A stretch of 23,392 nt of DNA, from UHGV virus genome UHGV-1348655; one strand, written 5' to 3'. Both the position numbers and the translations under genes were made by a program. Under the pieces are notes generated by a model, which was given only the letters and a program-made list of their open reading frames with translations, had not been told where the DNA came from and made no database searches. The number at the start of each line of letters is the position of its first letter. Position 1 is the stretch's first letter. Positions 7,128 through 17,207 of this stretch are shown piece after piece. This DNA comes from a virus.

Positions 7128-8948
7128 CTATTTTATTGACAGAACGCCAGATAAGGATATTTGTCTAGCAGAGCCAGATGATACATCTGTCCATCTGGCA
7201 TATCTTGTTGTTCCGTCGATGAAAGTTAATAAAAATTTAGCCGTGTTATCTGACACCACCTCTAAGGAAACATCATATAATTGTTTAGCTGAGTTTGCTG
7301 TAGCGTAGTAAAATGCGTACAGGCCACCATTAACTGTACCTCCAAATCCAGATTTAATGCCATAAACAGGAGCTATATTAACAATTACATCACCTGTTGC
7401 TGACGGTATAGCTGTTACTGTTGTAGCTATGGAAAAACTTAATGTGTTATACCATATTCCAGAGTTCAGAGTTTGGCCCGACATCGTTACACCAGCAGCA
7501 CTTGCAAGGACAGCTCCAGAGTTAGGTCCAATGGTCATTCCTGTACGCATTTTTTCAGCATATCCGTAGCCCGAGAAGTGATTACGAGCTATACCGGAAG
7601 CGCCTTCGAAAGATACCCAAAGATCTGTAGCATAATCGGGATTACTTACGCTAAAGTTATGGAATGAAGAACCCTGTGACGTGGTTATCATAGGTAACGT
7701 ACTTTTTCGAGGTGTGTCATTTTTAGACGCGGCAATAAGTACATCCGTAAAACTGGTATCCCACGCATCACAAATAAGCCCCACCCCACCGTTACTTCTA
7801 GACGGAACACTACCAGTGTTGCGCCTAACTGGAGTATCTAGGATTAAGTTAGAATACGAGGTGAAACCACCATTCTCAGTAACCCATAGCCCTACGTGCA
7901 TTTTCCCCATGACACCGACTAAATTATCTACGGTATTACCCCAAGGATGGAACTTATCTAAAGAGTTACCGGATTTAATAACCTTACCACCGTATGCGTA
8001 ACCAACTGGTGAAATCTCTGAATACCAGCCGTCCGTACATTTAATATGTAGGCCGATTGACTGGTCGGCTCGCGTATTTGCCACTACCATAGTGAATTTA
8101 GACGCTTTACCTTCGTAGCAAAATTCGTCCTCAAAACCGCCGTTGTTGAACCCAATTATTGCGCCGCCTTCGTATGTGTATCCGTAGCAATGTTGCACCC
8201 TAACGCCGATAGCGTTAATTCCTACCGTGTAATCCTGCGCCTCTAAACGCAAGCCGTAACAGTTAGTTTTGTTAGCTAGCGTAAAATGATCGGAGTTGTC
8301 GTAAGATGGGGTATCGGCACCACCATCCATTATATACGCATATGTTGAACTCAAACCGGCAGGAACAATTGCACGATGATTATTCCAGTAAACAGTAACC
8401 CCAGGCTTATGCATGATAGGAATTGTACTAAAAATGATGTCTTCATTCACATAAAGAACGCCGCCGCCACTTTCTGATATCTCAGTCATAGCTGCGTTAA
8501 ATGCATCTTCTCCTATTCCCCATCCGCGAAGGTCGCCTTCATCTTTCCATTTTTGTATAAGGGATGGAATAAGAAAATAGCCATCAGGTCCAGCAAGAAC
8601 CTGTCTTAGTTGGTCAGGGTCATACTTCAGCACATTCGGAAAATTAAACTGCTGCGCACCGTACGCATCATACACAGCCATAGAATGTCCTTGCACAGTA
8701 ACGAACTTGGCAATCTGTCCGTTATATACCGGATATCCAGCAGCGTTAATGATGATTGGTTGCGAAACAGGAACGTGAGAACCGTCTTCGTTCTCCACAT
8801 AAACCTGAATCTGGTTTTCAGGATTTACAGGGTCAGTGTCAATTTTACCGATATAAATTTTGCCATTGGCTACGGCTTTAAAAGAACGCGCCATAGTGAA
8901 GAGTTGCGAAGGCATCGATACGATCACATTGGCTGTAATGTCTGTCAT
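7128..8948 (-). CDS. Tailspike protein, 606 aa: P22-type N-terminal head-binding domain plus a divergent receptor-binding domain
   Basis: The N-terminus [46 protein letters not shown] ... VLKYDPDQ matches the P22/Sf6 tailspike head-binding domain; the remainder is unrelated to P22 gp9. GGAG lies 8 nt upstream of the ATG. Confidence 0.85.
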   Translation of the reverse strand: MTDITANVIVSMPSQLFTMARSFKAVANGKIYIGKIDTDPVNPENQIQVYVENEDGSHVPVSQPIIINAAGYPVYNGQIAKFVTVQGHSMAVYDAYGAQQFNFPNVLKYDPDQLRQVLAGPDGYFLIPSLIQKWKDEGDLRGWGIGEDAFNAAMTEISESGGGVLYVNEDIIFSTIPIMHKPGVTVYWNNHRAIVPAGLSSTYAYIMDGGADTPSYDNSDHFTLANKTNCYGLRLEAQDYTVGINAIGVRVQHCYGYTYEGGAIIGFNNGGFEDEFCYEGKASKFTMVVANTRADQSIGLHIKCTDGWYSEISPVGYAYGGKVIKSGNSLDKFHPWGNTVDNLVGVMGKMHVGLWVTENGGFTSYSNLILDTPVRRNTGSVPSRSNGGVGLICDAWDTSFTDVLIAASKNDTPRKSTLPMITTSQGSSFHNFSVSNPDYATDLWVSFEGASGIARNHFSGYGYAEKMRTGMTIGPNSGAVLASAAGVTMSGQTLNSGIWYNTLSFSIATTVTAIPSATGDVIVNIAPVYGIKSGFGGTVNGGLYAFYYATANSAKQLYDVSLEVVSDNTAKFLLTFIDGTTRYARWTDVSSGSARQISLSGVLSIK

Positions 8949-9080
8949 TTAATTTGCTCCAGATACAATGAATCGCCGCAGCGTGGCCACGGTTGGTATT
9001 TGTTGCATACCGAAACGGTACGATTGTTGATTTGTACAGTAGGTTTTACGATGCCATTCCACCCATTTGGTGAGGCATTG

Positions 9081-9344
9081 ATGATGTACAGCAAATACGA
9101 TGAGGCGCAGTTCCACTTGAGGCTTACGCACGAGTTGCACGCTAAGATTAAGCAGCGTGCAAAAATGAATAACAGGTCGCTGAACTCAGAGATAATTGCA
9201 GCGATTGAAGAATCATTGGATAAACAAAGCTCTGCATCAGTTTACATTGACGATGCAGAGCGTATGGCAGAACAACAATCCGATATGGTAAAGAAAATTG
9301 TCTTTGATACGCTCAAAGAGCTATATAAAAAAGACAGCAGCTAA
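9081..9344 (+). CDS. mnt: Mnt-like ribbon-helix-helix repressor, 87 aa
   Basis: The track ORF 8610..9344 is over-extended; the real start is ATG 9081 with GGTGAGG upstream. The C-terminus ERMAEQQSDMVKKIVFDTLKELYKK matches P22 Mnt (ERLADEQSELVKKMVFDTLKDLYKK as I recall it). It is transcribed divergently from the late operon, as in P22 immI. Confidence 0.75.
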   Translation: MMYSKYDEAQFHLRLTHELHAKIKQRAKMNNRSLNSEIIAAIEESLDKQSSASVYIDDAERMAEQQSDMVKKIVFDTLKELYKKDSS

Positions 9345-9364
9345 CTATCAGTTACGGAGGATTT

Positions 9365-9442
9365 ATGCAAAGAGATATGCTGAATATTGCGTTCTACATA
9401 TTTGGTTTTTGCACGTTCCTGGTGTTTGCGAAGCTATTCTGA
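9365..9442 (+). CDS. Candidate 25-aa hydrophobic micro-protein (MQRDMLNIAFYIFGFCTFLVFAKLF)
   Basis: ATG 9365 preceded by GGAGG (9356-9360) with a 4-nt spacer; a single predicted transmembrane helix; its 3' end overlaps the ejection-protein gene on the other strand. Confidence 0.25.
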   Translation: MQRDMLNIAFYIFGFCTFLVFAKLF

Positions 9443-11431
9443 CAACGCATCAGACTTGGCACCTTGAGTCAGGGCGTTAATGGCCTTTTGCGCCTGCTGC
9501 ATGGCTTTCTCAAACGCTGTTGATCCGCGTGGGGTGTTTGCCATTCGGAGCATTGCATTTCTGAATGGCTCGCTCTCATAGGCGCGAGTAAGAAGTCCGT
9601 AGCTTACCGCTGCGGCAGTTGTCGCCGGGTTCATTGCCGTTCCATACCCGATAATGAACGGGATGGTTTGCTGCCCTGTTGGTGTTGTTACTGCCGCTTT
9701 TGCAGCCTGCTGCGTGGATTGCAGGTAGTTTTTCAATCCTTTCAGATAAGCGGCTTCCTGACCTTTAAATGTGATGCCAGTCTGGTTTTGCAGGATGTTA
9801 AGCTGTCGAAGGAACTGGTCAGGGGAACCACCTGATTTCTCCATCGCCTTTCCAATGATGCCATTGCGCATTTGCGCCCTGCCAACACGACCAACTGAGT
9901 TATACAGAGTCTTAATTTCCGATTTGTTCTTGCTGAATAGCATGTTGTTGACAACTTCCGGCGTCAGATCGCCTTTCATGAGAACATTCTTCAGCCTGGT
10001 ATTCTTTAGTTTCGCCGCTTCGTCAGCGTATACGGCATTGGCCTGCTGATATTTACGGAGAGTATCGTTGCCAAGATTCTGACCAATGGCACCATTGATA
10101 TCGTCTGTCATCGCCTTGTAAACGCGATGAATGGCAGCATCGGAACGGTTTGGTAACACTGGTCGCTCACCCTTCACGTCCATTCTGAACTGGCTGCGAA
10201 GGTCGCTTAATTGCTTCAAATCCAGATTTACCGGACCATCAGGACCAGCATTGCGAACAAGCTCATCACGATAGGACTGAAGTTTTGAAATAGTCTCGTT
10301 ATCGGCGACCTTACCAAGCTTCTGCAGGTTAGATATTTCTGTATCAATCTGCTGAATTGCTCGAGCAGGCTGGATATTGACTCCCGCCATTGCATTCTGA
10401 ACCTGCTCAAGACGGTTCCCTGCAGCACGACGAATTCCTGATGTTTTCGCTTTAAGGCTGTCAATAACAACAGCTGGATCATACTCACCGAATTTATCAG
10501 CAAATCTCTGCACCAACTGGCTTCTCGCTTCCTGTTGCGTTGCTCTCATTCCGCTTGTGCCAGCCAGGGGGATATTTTCTGCTGTCGTTTGCGCCATTTT
10601 TCCGACGCGGGAAGTTGGTTGTAACAGGTCTGTGGTGTGCAGAGGAACTCCTTCACGCTCTGCAAACCTGATAGCCTGTTGAGCTTCTGGTGCTATCGAA
10701 CCACGAACACCACGATAAGCAGCACCTAATCCACGTCCGGCAGCGTTAATAGCACCGCCAGCCAGCACACCAACGCCTAAATCGGTGGCGAGTGCTTCCG
10801 CATCATCTTTCGCACTGTTTGCAGCAAGTGATCCAACTGCGTTTTCTGCTAGAAGGCGAGTTGCCCCATGAGCAATTCGACCAGCAAGTGTTGGTGCCTG
10901 TGTTGCCGCTCTCTCAACGCCAGCAGGAGTGAGGTAAGGCAATGCTTCAGCAAATACCCTTCCCTCTGTCGTTTGTGGAGTCAGCGCGCCTTGCCGAAGG
11001 CCAAAGTCCTGCTCTAATCCCTGCGTTGTTACTCGTGGCGCTGGTTGATATGTACCATCGCCAATGCCGAGTTTACCGCCAGCCCAAGCCGCCGCGCTTG
11101 TTACAGCATCTGCAACTGATGCAGGTATGTTTGCCACGTTCACGCCAGCCTGCACCAGTCCGCGACCAGTCTCTTTCACTGCTTCACCAAGATCAGACAT
11201 AAATCCACTTTGCTGTGGTTGTTGCTGTGCTACTGGTTGCTGTGTATCCACTGGCTGCACAGATGGCAATGGATAGGCAGCATAGAAAGCTTGCTTAGCC
11301 TGCTCTGCATTTTCTCCGGCTTGCGGGGCCACGACTTCATTGAAGTATTGCTCCTGAGCCTGCGCTTTTTGTTCTGGTGCTAACGCCTGATACTGTGGAG
11401 AGGCGATAACATCTTTCCATGCTTTAGCCAT
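9434..11431 (-). CDS. Ejection protein, P22 gp16-like, 665 aa
   Basis: Last large gene of the late operon before the tailspike; size and order match P22 gp16 / Sf6 gp13; Ala/Gly/Gln-rich low-complexity composition. Confidence 0.75.
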   Translation of the reverse strand: MAKAWKDVIASPQYQALAPEQKAQAQEQYFNEVVAPQAGENAEQAKQAFYAAYPLPSVQPVDTQQPVAQQQPQQSGFMSDLGEAVKETGRGLVQAGVNVANIPASVADAVTSAAAWAGGKLGIGDGTYQPAPRVTTQGLEQDFGLRQGALTPQTTEGRVFAEALPYLTPAGVERAATQAPTLAGRIAHGATRLLAENAVGSLAANSAKDDAEALATDLGVGVLAGGAINAAGRGLGAAYRGVRGSIAPEAQQAIRFAEREGVPLHTTDLLQPTSRVGKMAQTTAENIPLAGTSGMRATQQEARSQLVQRFADKFGEYDPAVVIDSLKAKTSGIRRAAGNRLEQVQNAMAGVNIQPARAIQQIDTEISNLQKLGKVADNETISKLQSYRDELVRNAGPDGPVNLDLKQLSDLRSQFRMDVKGERPVLPNRSDAAIHRVYKAMTDDINGAIGQNLGNDTLRKYQQANAVYADEAAKLKNTRLKNVLMKGDLTPEVVNNMLFSKNKSEIKTLYNSVGRVGRAQMRNGIIGKAMEKSGGSPDQFLRQLNILQNQTGITFKGQEAAYLKGLKNYLQSTQQAAKAAVTTPTGQQTIPFIIGYGTAMNPATTAAAVSYGLLTRAYESEPFRNAMLRMANTPRGSTAFEKAMQQAQKAINALTQGAKSDALSE

Positions 11432-12819
11432 TAATCACCCCATAGTGAAGAAAAGTTACTGCTGGCTGCTGGCTGTGATACCTGTGCAGGTTGAGATTGC
11501 TGCCGCTGAGATTTACCAACATTAACGTTATATTGTTGGTTGTAATTGTTGGTGTATTCCTGAATCTCACGAATCGACTGCTGCATAGCCTCCGGGCTTG
11601 AATAGTCAACCTGCGGCATCCCCTGAAAATACATCTTCGCTTCTGCAACGGTATTAATACCACTGGCACCCATGTCCCTTGCTGCCGCCACGCCCTGATT
11701 CTGCATTCTTCCCTGAATACGTTGTGCTGAGTTATATAACTGGCGCTGCTCTTTTCCTGTTAATCGGCTGCGAACATCAGCACCAATTGCTGGATTACCT
11801 GCACCGCCTGTCATTCCTGTCATGAAATCGAGAGCAGAAGCGTCTGCATTTGCGATCGCGTCGATATCCTTCTTCATGGCATAGTTTTGTGCTGATGCAG
11901 ACGATGTTGCAGGCGCTGCGATTGAACTGGCAGGAACGCGAACCATATTCCCCTCGTTGTCGATGCCTTCGTAGAACGCATTAGCCCCAGCGCCATGAAG
12001 CTTCCCGCCGACAGTTACAGTTCTGCCATCTGATAACTGAACTGTACGCTCATCATTCCCAGCAGTTCCTCTTGTTGACGATCGCTGCATTGCCAAATCC
12101 TGACCGCGTCGTGCAGTAGAAGCAGATAAATCCTGACCGCGCATCGTGATGTTCTGACCACGCGCTGTTAGTGCTTCTCCAGCCTGATTGCTGCGGATTG
12201 TCTCTGCAAGTTTTCCGCGGTCAATCTCACGACCAACGATTCTGTCCTGAACATTGAAGTAGTCAATCGGACCGAGAGCAGCCATCCCAAGGTGATCAAC
12301 AAACTCACCAAATCCTGAAGGATTCTGCTGATACATCTGAGCAACGCTGTTAGGGTCAACACCGACGCGAGTCAGTTCCTTGGCGTTGTTTTGCAGCCAT
12401 GATTGCATTGCTTCTGGAGACGATGATGCAAGGCGTGCGCCAGCCGCTAAGGTGCCGATAGAATTACGCTGCTCTTCATCAATGAATCCCATGCCTTTAC
12501 GAACGGATTCAATCTGGTCTGGATATTGAGTAGCCAACTGACGCAAAGCACCGCGATCACCAGACGCATAAGCATTAGCGTATGCCTGCTGAAATTCTTT
12601 CTGCCGCTGAGCCTGCTTTTCCTGCTGAAACACCCCCGCAATACCTGAAAGGCCTTGCAAAGCAGTCAGCCCAACATTGTTAGCGCCTGAACGCTCAATA
12701 TCATTGTTCTGCCTGATAAGCTGAAGCGTATTGCCGATGTCATTTACGTTCGGAGCGTTTGAGTTGACGCCGCCGATACCAGCCAATAATCCGCCATTTG
12801 ATCCTTGCCAAGTAGCCAT
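11431..12819 (-). CDS. Ejection protein, P22 gp20-like, 462 aa
   Basis: Synteny and size; 1-nt start/stop overlap with neighbours. Confidence 0.75.
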   Translation of the reverse strand: MATWQGSNGGLLAGIGGVNSNAPNVNDIGNTLQLIRQNNDIERSGANNVGLTALQGLSGIAGVFQQEKQAQRQKEFQQAYANAYASGDRGALRQLATQYPDQIESVRKGMGFIDEEQRNSIGTLAAGARLASSSPEAMQSWLQNNAKELTRVGVDPNSVAQMYQQNPSGFGEFVDHLGMAALGPIDYFNVQDRIVGREIDRGKLAETIRSNQAGEALTARGQNITMRGQDLSASTARRGQDLAMQRSSTRGTAGNDERTVQLSDGRTVTVGGKLHGAGANAFYEGIDNEGNMVRVPASSIAAPATSSASAQNYAMKKDIDAIANADASALDFMTGMTGGAGNPAIGADVRSRLTGKEQRQLYNSAQRIQGRMQNQGVAAARDMGASGINTVAEAKMYFQGMPQVDYSSPEAMQQSIREIQEYTNNYNQQYNVNVGKSQRQQSQPAQVSQPAASSNFSSLWGD

Positions 12820-12828
12820 GATTACCCC

Positions 12829-13521
12829 TTAAAACAACGAGCCAAGCAATCCGATACCAGCACCAATGCCAGCGCCCCAAGGTGTTGATGTTCCCAAAAG
12901 GCTGGCAAGACCTGCACCGGCAATCGCACCAGACGTTCCGCCACTAATTGCTGTCTGAAGACTTGATGGTTTGTTGGCATTAGCAGCGGCAAGAGCTGCG
13001 CTTTGCTGTGCAATGCTGCTCATGTTGTTGGCGTACGTCTGCCCGGCGTTTGCCTGACCTTGCAGAGCACCAAGCCCAACGTTTGCCAGATTGTTGTAAT
13101 TGCTCATCTGGTTTGATAACCAAGACTGACCGAGTGTCGGCGCGATCGTAGCCAGTTGATTGCTTGTGGCTGTCGAACCAAGTCCACCCGTCGCCTCCGC
13201 AGCAGCAAGACTCTGGTAACGCGCCTGACCTGCAAGGTCTTTATACTGCTGAGAGTTGTAATACTGATTAAGTGCCTGCCCCTGACCTTCTAAACTGGAA
13301 AGATTCTGCAACTGGTTAACATACTGCTCCGCAAGAGGCGTGAACGGAGCAAGGTTTTTCATGATCGTCTGCCACTGCTGATTTTGCAGGTCTGCTGCAT
13401 ACTTCTGAGCTTCTGCGGCATACTTTGCGCTTTTATCAGAACTGCCACCTTTCCCACCCTTTTCAGGGCAATAAGGTTCCTCGCCGCGCAGTTTTCTGCC
13501 CAGCTTAAATGCATATAACAT
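12829..13521 (-). CDS. Ejection protein, P22 gp7-like, 230 aa
   Basis: Synteny and size; Gly/Ala-rich hydrophobic C-terminus. Confidence 0.7.
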   Translation of the reverse strand: MLYAFKLGRKLRGEEPYCPEKGGKGGSSDKSAKYAAEAQKYAADLQNQQWQTIMKNLAPFTPLAEQYVNQLQNLSSLEGQGQALNQYYNSQQYKDLAGQARYQSLAAAEATGGLGSTATSNQLATIAPTLGQSWLSNQMSNYNNLANVGLGALQGQANAGQTYANNMSSIAQQSAALAAANANKPSSLQTAISGGTSGAIAGAGLASLLGTSTPWGAGIGAGIGLLGSLF

Positions 13522-13523
13522 GG

Positions 13524-13979
13524 CTATCTCCCGTGATTCAGGAAGTCGATTAGTTCTTCGCGTGTGGCGCTGTAAAACGTCACGTCATCCACGCCTTTGA
13601 AGTATTTCTTGATGGTTCCTACACGCTTAAGGCCAATCATTGCGCAGTACATCTGCCCGTGGCGGAATTTGCGTGCAGCGAACGATGTGACGCACTGAAC
13701 GGTGGTGTTAGTCAGAATGTATCGCCAGAACGCCAGCCCGATTTCCTTGCTGAATCCGCGAATCTCTGGCAGGTACATGGCGTGGCAATCGAATGTAAGC
13801 GGCTGAATCTCCTGATAGTAAACAATGCCGCCGAACTGCCCGTGCACGTTCACCTCAAAGTAACGGCATTCAGGCTTGTAGTCGTATCCATCACCGTTGT
13901 TGCTCCCGGCGATGATGTCAGGGTGATTTCCTACTGCTTCGATCAGGTCGATGTTTCGCGTTGGTTTGAATGTAATCAT
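13524..13979 (-). CDS. Tail/injection accessory protein, P22 gp14-like, 151 aa
   Basis: Synteny between gp26-like and gp7-like genes; size. Confidence 0.65.
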   Translation of the reverse strand: MITFKPTRNIDLIEAVGNHPDIIAGSNNGDGYDYKPECRYFEVNVHGQFGGIVYYQEIQPLTFDCHAMYLPEIRGFSKEIGLAFWRYILTNTTVQCVTSFAARKFRHGQMYCAMIGLKRVGTIKKYFKGVDDVTFYSATREELIDFLNHGR

Positions 13980-14680
13980 CAGTCAATCAGCCCATGTAAT
14001 CTAAGTGCTGTTTCAAGCGCCAGAGTACGCTGCCGCGCCTGCTGCAAACCTGTAGCGAGAGCTGCGACTTCGGATTGTGTGTACGTAGTGCCGACCGTGT
14101 ATGACTGGTTAGCGTTGAATGAGCCAAGAAGTGGCGTACCTGTGGCTGCAGTCCATCCGGTATTTCTTGCTCCAACAACCTGAATTCCATCAACTGAATA
14201 TGATGTTTTTACATCCAGCGGTGACGCAAGAGACTGCAATTCGGTTACGGTTTTCGATACGTAATCACTCTTAATGCCAGAGACATCGTTTTCTACGTCA
14301 TCCAGTCTTTGGTCAACAGTGACCAGATGCGCCTGAATATCGATAACCTCATCCAGCAAGTAATCAACATCGCTACGCAGTACGACTATCTTCCCTTCGG
14401 CAGTTGTTAACCTGACCTCAAGGAGATTTATCGCTTTTGTGTTTGCGGTGATTCTTGCGTCGTGATCAGCCAGTTCGACATCCTGTTCATCGTTTTTCAC
14501 CTGAGCATCGTAAGCGCCCTGACCAGCCTGATTTGCCTTCCCGGCAATTGCGCCGACATCAGCCCCCTGATTAATGACATACAGCAGGTAAGACTGGCTG
14601 AATATATTGCGTGGAAGGATTGATGTGTCGAGCCGTGTAGCCTGAATGATTACCGGCACATTGAGATTCGAATCAGCCAT
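13979..14680 (-). CDS. Tail needle protein, P22 gp26-like, 233 aa
   Basis: The track ORF is over-extended into gp10; the real start is ATG 14680 (TAATG overlap with the gp10 stop). [77 protein letters not shown] resembles the P22 gp26 N-terminus and trimeric coiled coil. Confidence 0.8.
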   Translation of the reverse strand: MADSNLNVPVIIQATRLDTSILPRNIFSQSYLLYVINQGADVGAIAGKANQAGQGAYDAQVKNDEQDVELADHDARITANTKAINLLEVRLTTAEGKIVVLRSDVDYLLDEVIDIQAHLVTVDQRLDDVENDVSGIKSDYVSKTVTELQSLASPLDVKTSYSVDGIQVVGARNTGWTAATGTPLLGSFNANQSYTVGTTYTQSEVAALATGLQQARQRTLALETALRLHGLID

Positions 14681-16098
14681 TACTCGATCCTTATCTGGCA
14701 GCCAGACAGAGTGACAGGTGACTTCGTGATAATGCGCAATTTGAAGCCGACATTTTTCCTGATGCGCCCTACTCGCTTCCACAAAACACGTTTGTCGTAA
14801 ACGAACGGTTCATTCTGCTCAATCATCTGCTCACGTCCGTAATTGATGCCGTCAGTGGTTGCAGAGAGGAACAGGCGGTCGGCGTACTGCGCAACGCCAG
14901 TTGACGACTCAACTTCAAGGTCGAAAACTCTGGCGTTATCTGCTTTGAACAACGGAGTAAACAGCAGGTGTTCCTGTTGCTTGTCGTACTGGCTGCTGAT
15001 ATCGAACTGCAATTTCCCGGTCACCGATTCCAGCTTATCGCCGCACGTTATTTGATTGCCTTCGTAAATGAAGTCGATAGCGCGGTACACATCGTCATAC
15101 AGGCCTGTTTTCAACACACACCATTGCGGACCATTGGCGCTTGAAGATGCGTCGTAAACAAGAACATGGCGCGGCAGGTGAATAATCAGCAACTCATGAG
15201 CATCAAACCGCAACGATTCCATCACGCCATCAGCCAGTTCATCAGCAGCGTAGGAGCGTAGTATTTTCTCAATGCTCGCGCTGGCGATTGGTGATACCTG
15301 ACCGGAGGCGATGATGTATACAGACGGAGCACCTGTTGCCGGATTGCTGATGAACGCATAGGAATCAGCGAATGGCGTTTTGCAATAGGTTCCGGCAATA
15401 CCTTTCTGCACCATCAGCGATGGTTGTGCAACATACAAAGCGGCACCAACGGTGGTTGCACCAGTCAGGGAGAAATATTCAATCGTCGATGAACCAAAGC
15501 AGACGATGAAGTCTCGCCATGTTCCGATGCCAATGATGCCGTCAGGCTGAGACTCAGCACGATATTGTGCGCTGTATCGGTCAGGATGCGATTCGTCTTC
15601 AAGGTCAGTGATAAACCATGAATCAGTGCCGTCTTTTGACCACGCATAACGCCCACGTAAGCGTGTAATGTCGCGGACTGAACCTAACTCATACTGAGTA
15701 AATCCACTGTCTGCAGGCCAGTTTGAGACGGTTTTAACCGTGCCATCATAGCGATACTCGACCAGTTGACCATTAACGCCTACCGCCTGTGATGTCCGAC
15801 CATGCGCCATTGATACGCGACCACTTCCGGCAACATCACCGACCTCACTTTCGCCCTTATACAACTTGCTACCACACACTCGATAAACAGCACTCTGCGC
15901 CATGTTGTACTCGACGCCGCGCGATATACCGTTCACATCAGAACGTTTGGCAATGCCCGGGAATGAGCGAAGATATCCGCTGCTGTTGAGGATTTCTTTG
16001 GGTGTAGCCAACATATTCACTGGCAGATAGTCGATATAGTCGGCGTTTCGAAAGTCTTTGCCGACACCTTTCATAAGAGGAAGTTGCTGAATCGGCAT
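14680..16098 (-). CDS. Tail hub protein, P22 gp10-like, 472 aa
   Basis: Same length as P22 gp10 (472 aa); synteny after the gp4-like gene. Confidence 0.8.
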   Translation of the reverse strand: MPIQQLPLMKGVGKDFRNADYIDYLPVNMLATPKEILNSSGYLRSFPGIAKRSDVNGISRGVEYNMAQSAVYRVCGSKLYKGESEVGDVAGSGRVSMAHGRTSQAVGVNGQLVEYRYDGTVKTVSNWPADSGFTQYELGSVRDITRLRGRYAWSKDGTDSWFITDLEDESHPDRYSAQYRAESQPDGIIGIGTWRDFIVCFGSSTIEYFSLTGATTVGAALYVAQPSLMVQKGIAGTYCKTPFADSYAFISNPATGAPSVYIIASGQVSPIASASIEKILRSYAADELADGVMESLRFDAHELLIIHLPRHVLVYDASSSANGPQWCVLKTGLYDDVYRAIDFIYEGNQITCGDKLESVTGKLQFDISSQYDKQQEHLLFTPLFKADNARVFDLEVESSTGVAQYADRLFLSATTDGINYGREQMIEQNEPFVYDKRVLWKRVGRIRKNVGFKLRIITKSPVTLSGCQIRIE

Positions 16099-16599
16099 TT
16101 ATTCGCTCCCGTTATCGCAAGGTTCCTTTCGGTGGAAGTAATTCCAACCGTTCCACTTCGCCAACTGGTTACCGCTACCAACAGGCATACGGTTTGGATA
16201 ACCGGACTTACATTTAGCGGCTTTTGCTCTGTCCATTGCAGACAGTTTGACGAGTCGCTCTTTCCCGTATCTGGCAGTGGTTATAAGTTTTGCAGACGCT
16301 TCCAGCGCATAATCTGGAGCGATGCGGCAGGCAAGGTTGAAAATGACGGCATTGATAGCGTTATTTGATAAACCGTGCTCATCTCCCGGATCTGGAGCGA
16401 CATCTGCATCAGCGAAAATGTAGCCAACGTTGATCCCAGGTGACGCATCACCGCCAAGCCATTCAGCCATCATCATTTCAAGGTCGTTGACGCCGTCTTC
16501 CATAGACTGCGGTTCGACATCGGTTAACGTGGCATTTGATGCCACACCGAGCTTACGTAATGCCGCAAGAACTAAATCACCCTTCGTTGTCAGGTTCAT
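16099..16599 (-). CDS. Head-to-tail adaptor, P22 gp4-like, about 166 aa
   Basis: The track ORF is over-extended; the likely start is ATG 16599 ([33 protein letters not shown] ... [14 protein letters not shown]), which matches P22 gp4. Confidence 0.8.
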   Translation of the reverse strand: MNLTTKGDLVLAALRKLGVASNATLTDVEPQSMEDGVNDLEMMMAEWLGGDASPGINVGYIFADADVAPDPGDEHGLSNNAINAVIFNLACRIAPDYALEASAKLITTARYGKERLVKLSAMDRAKAAKCKSGYPNRMPVGSGNQLAKWNGWNYFHRKEPCDNGSE

Positions 16600-17164
16600 C
16601 TGCTGCCGCCTTAGGTTTTCGACCAGGCTTTTTACGCTGTTTTTCTTCTGGCTCTGCAATGGCCGGACGCAAACTCAGGAGTCGTCCAAGAACATCATTT
16701 GCTTCATGACCATCCCACTCTTTCCCGAACTCAAGCTCAGTACCTTCAGGAAGGAACTCGATTTCTTCAACAGGTAGGTGATAAGTGATTTCGCCTTCTG
16801 GAGTGGTGATACCAGCAATGATCCAGCCATCCCACTCTTCACCGTCACTGTGTTTGCGAGACCACCACGAAAGCTCAGCGTAAGCATGCATCAGCGATGA
16901 GAAGAGGCGCACTCGGTGAGCGTAAAGCTCGTTAAAAGTGTGATAACCGTCGGACACTTCGCCCATATCAACTGGGGAAGTTTCACCTCCGCCAACACTC
17001 CCAATTTGATCACCAACAAGATGATCATCAGGAACATCGTCAGGGTGCTTATACCAGCCATTTGCTAAGTGCACAGCTACATCATCAGGATCAACGGTTT
17101 TCGTTTTCAGCTTGCGTCCCCATATTTTGGTATCTCCGCCAGCCTGAAAAATCATTACGCTCAT
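16577..17164 (-). CDS. Hypothetical acidic protein (about 195 aa) inserted between coat and gp4-like genes
   Basis: Likely start is ATG 17164 with GGAG 8 nt upstream (the track start at 17344 would overlap the coat gene). Asp/Glu-rich with a Lys/Arg-rich C-terminal tail; P22 has no gene at this position, though Sf6-type phages carry one of unknown function. Confidence 0.6.
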   Translation of the reverse strand: MSVMIFQAGGDTKIWGRKLKTKTVDPDDVAVHLANGWYKHPDDVPDDHLVGDQIGSVGGGETSPVDMGEVSDGYHTFNELYAHRVRLFSSLMHAYAELSWWSRKHSDGEEWDGWIIAGITTPEGEITYHLPVEEIEFLPEGTELEFGKEWDGHEANDVLGRLLSLRPAIAEPEEKQRKKPGRKPKAAADEPDNEG

Positions 17165-17170
17165 TGGTAT

Positions 17171-17199
17171 CTCCAATAGAAAAGGGAGCCTAAGCTCCC
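17171..17199 (-). terminator. Hairpin plus U-tract immediately after the coat gene (partial terminator/attenuator)
   Basis: GGGAGC-ctaa-GCTCCC (17184-17199); on the minus strand it is followed by TTTTCTATT; lies 9 nt after the coat stop. Confidence 0.5.
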
Positions 17200-17207
17200 T
17201 CTGGTTA

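Noticed and set aside
7102-7308. 68-aa plus-strand ORF spanning the IS1 right end and the tailspike 3' end
   Set aside because: It crosses the IS1 boundary and is antisense to the tailspike; an artefact of the junction.
8610-9344. 244-aa plus-strand ORF overlapping the tailspike 5' region
   Set aside because: Only the last ~87 codons (from ATG 9081, with an SD) look real and Mnt-like; the N-terminal extension is antisense to the tailspike coding sequence.
13979-14782. 267-aa version of the tail-needle ORF
   Set aside because: The extension overlaps the 3' end of the gp10-like gene; the P22-like start ([12 protein letters not shown]) is at 14680 with a TAATG coupling junction.
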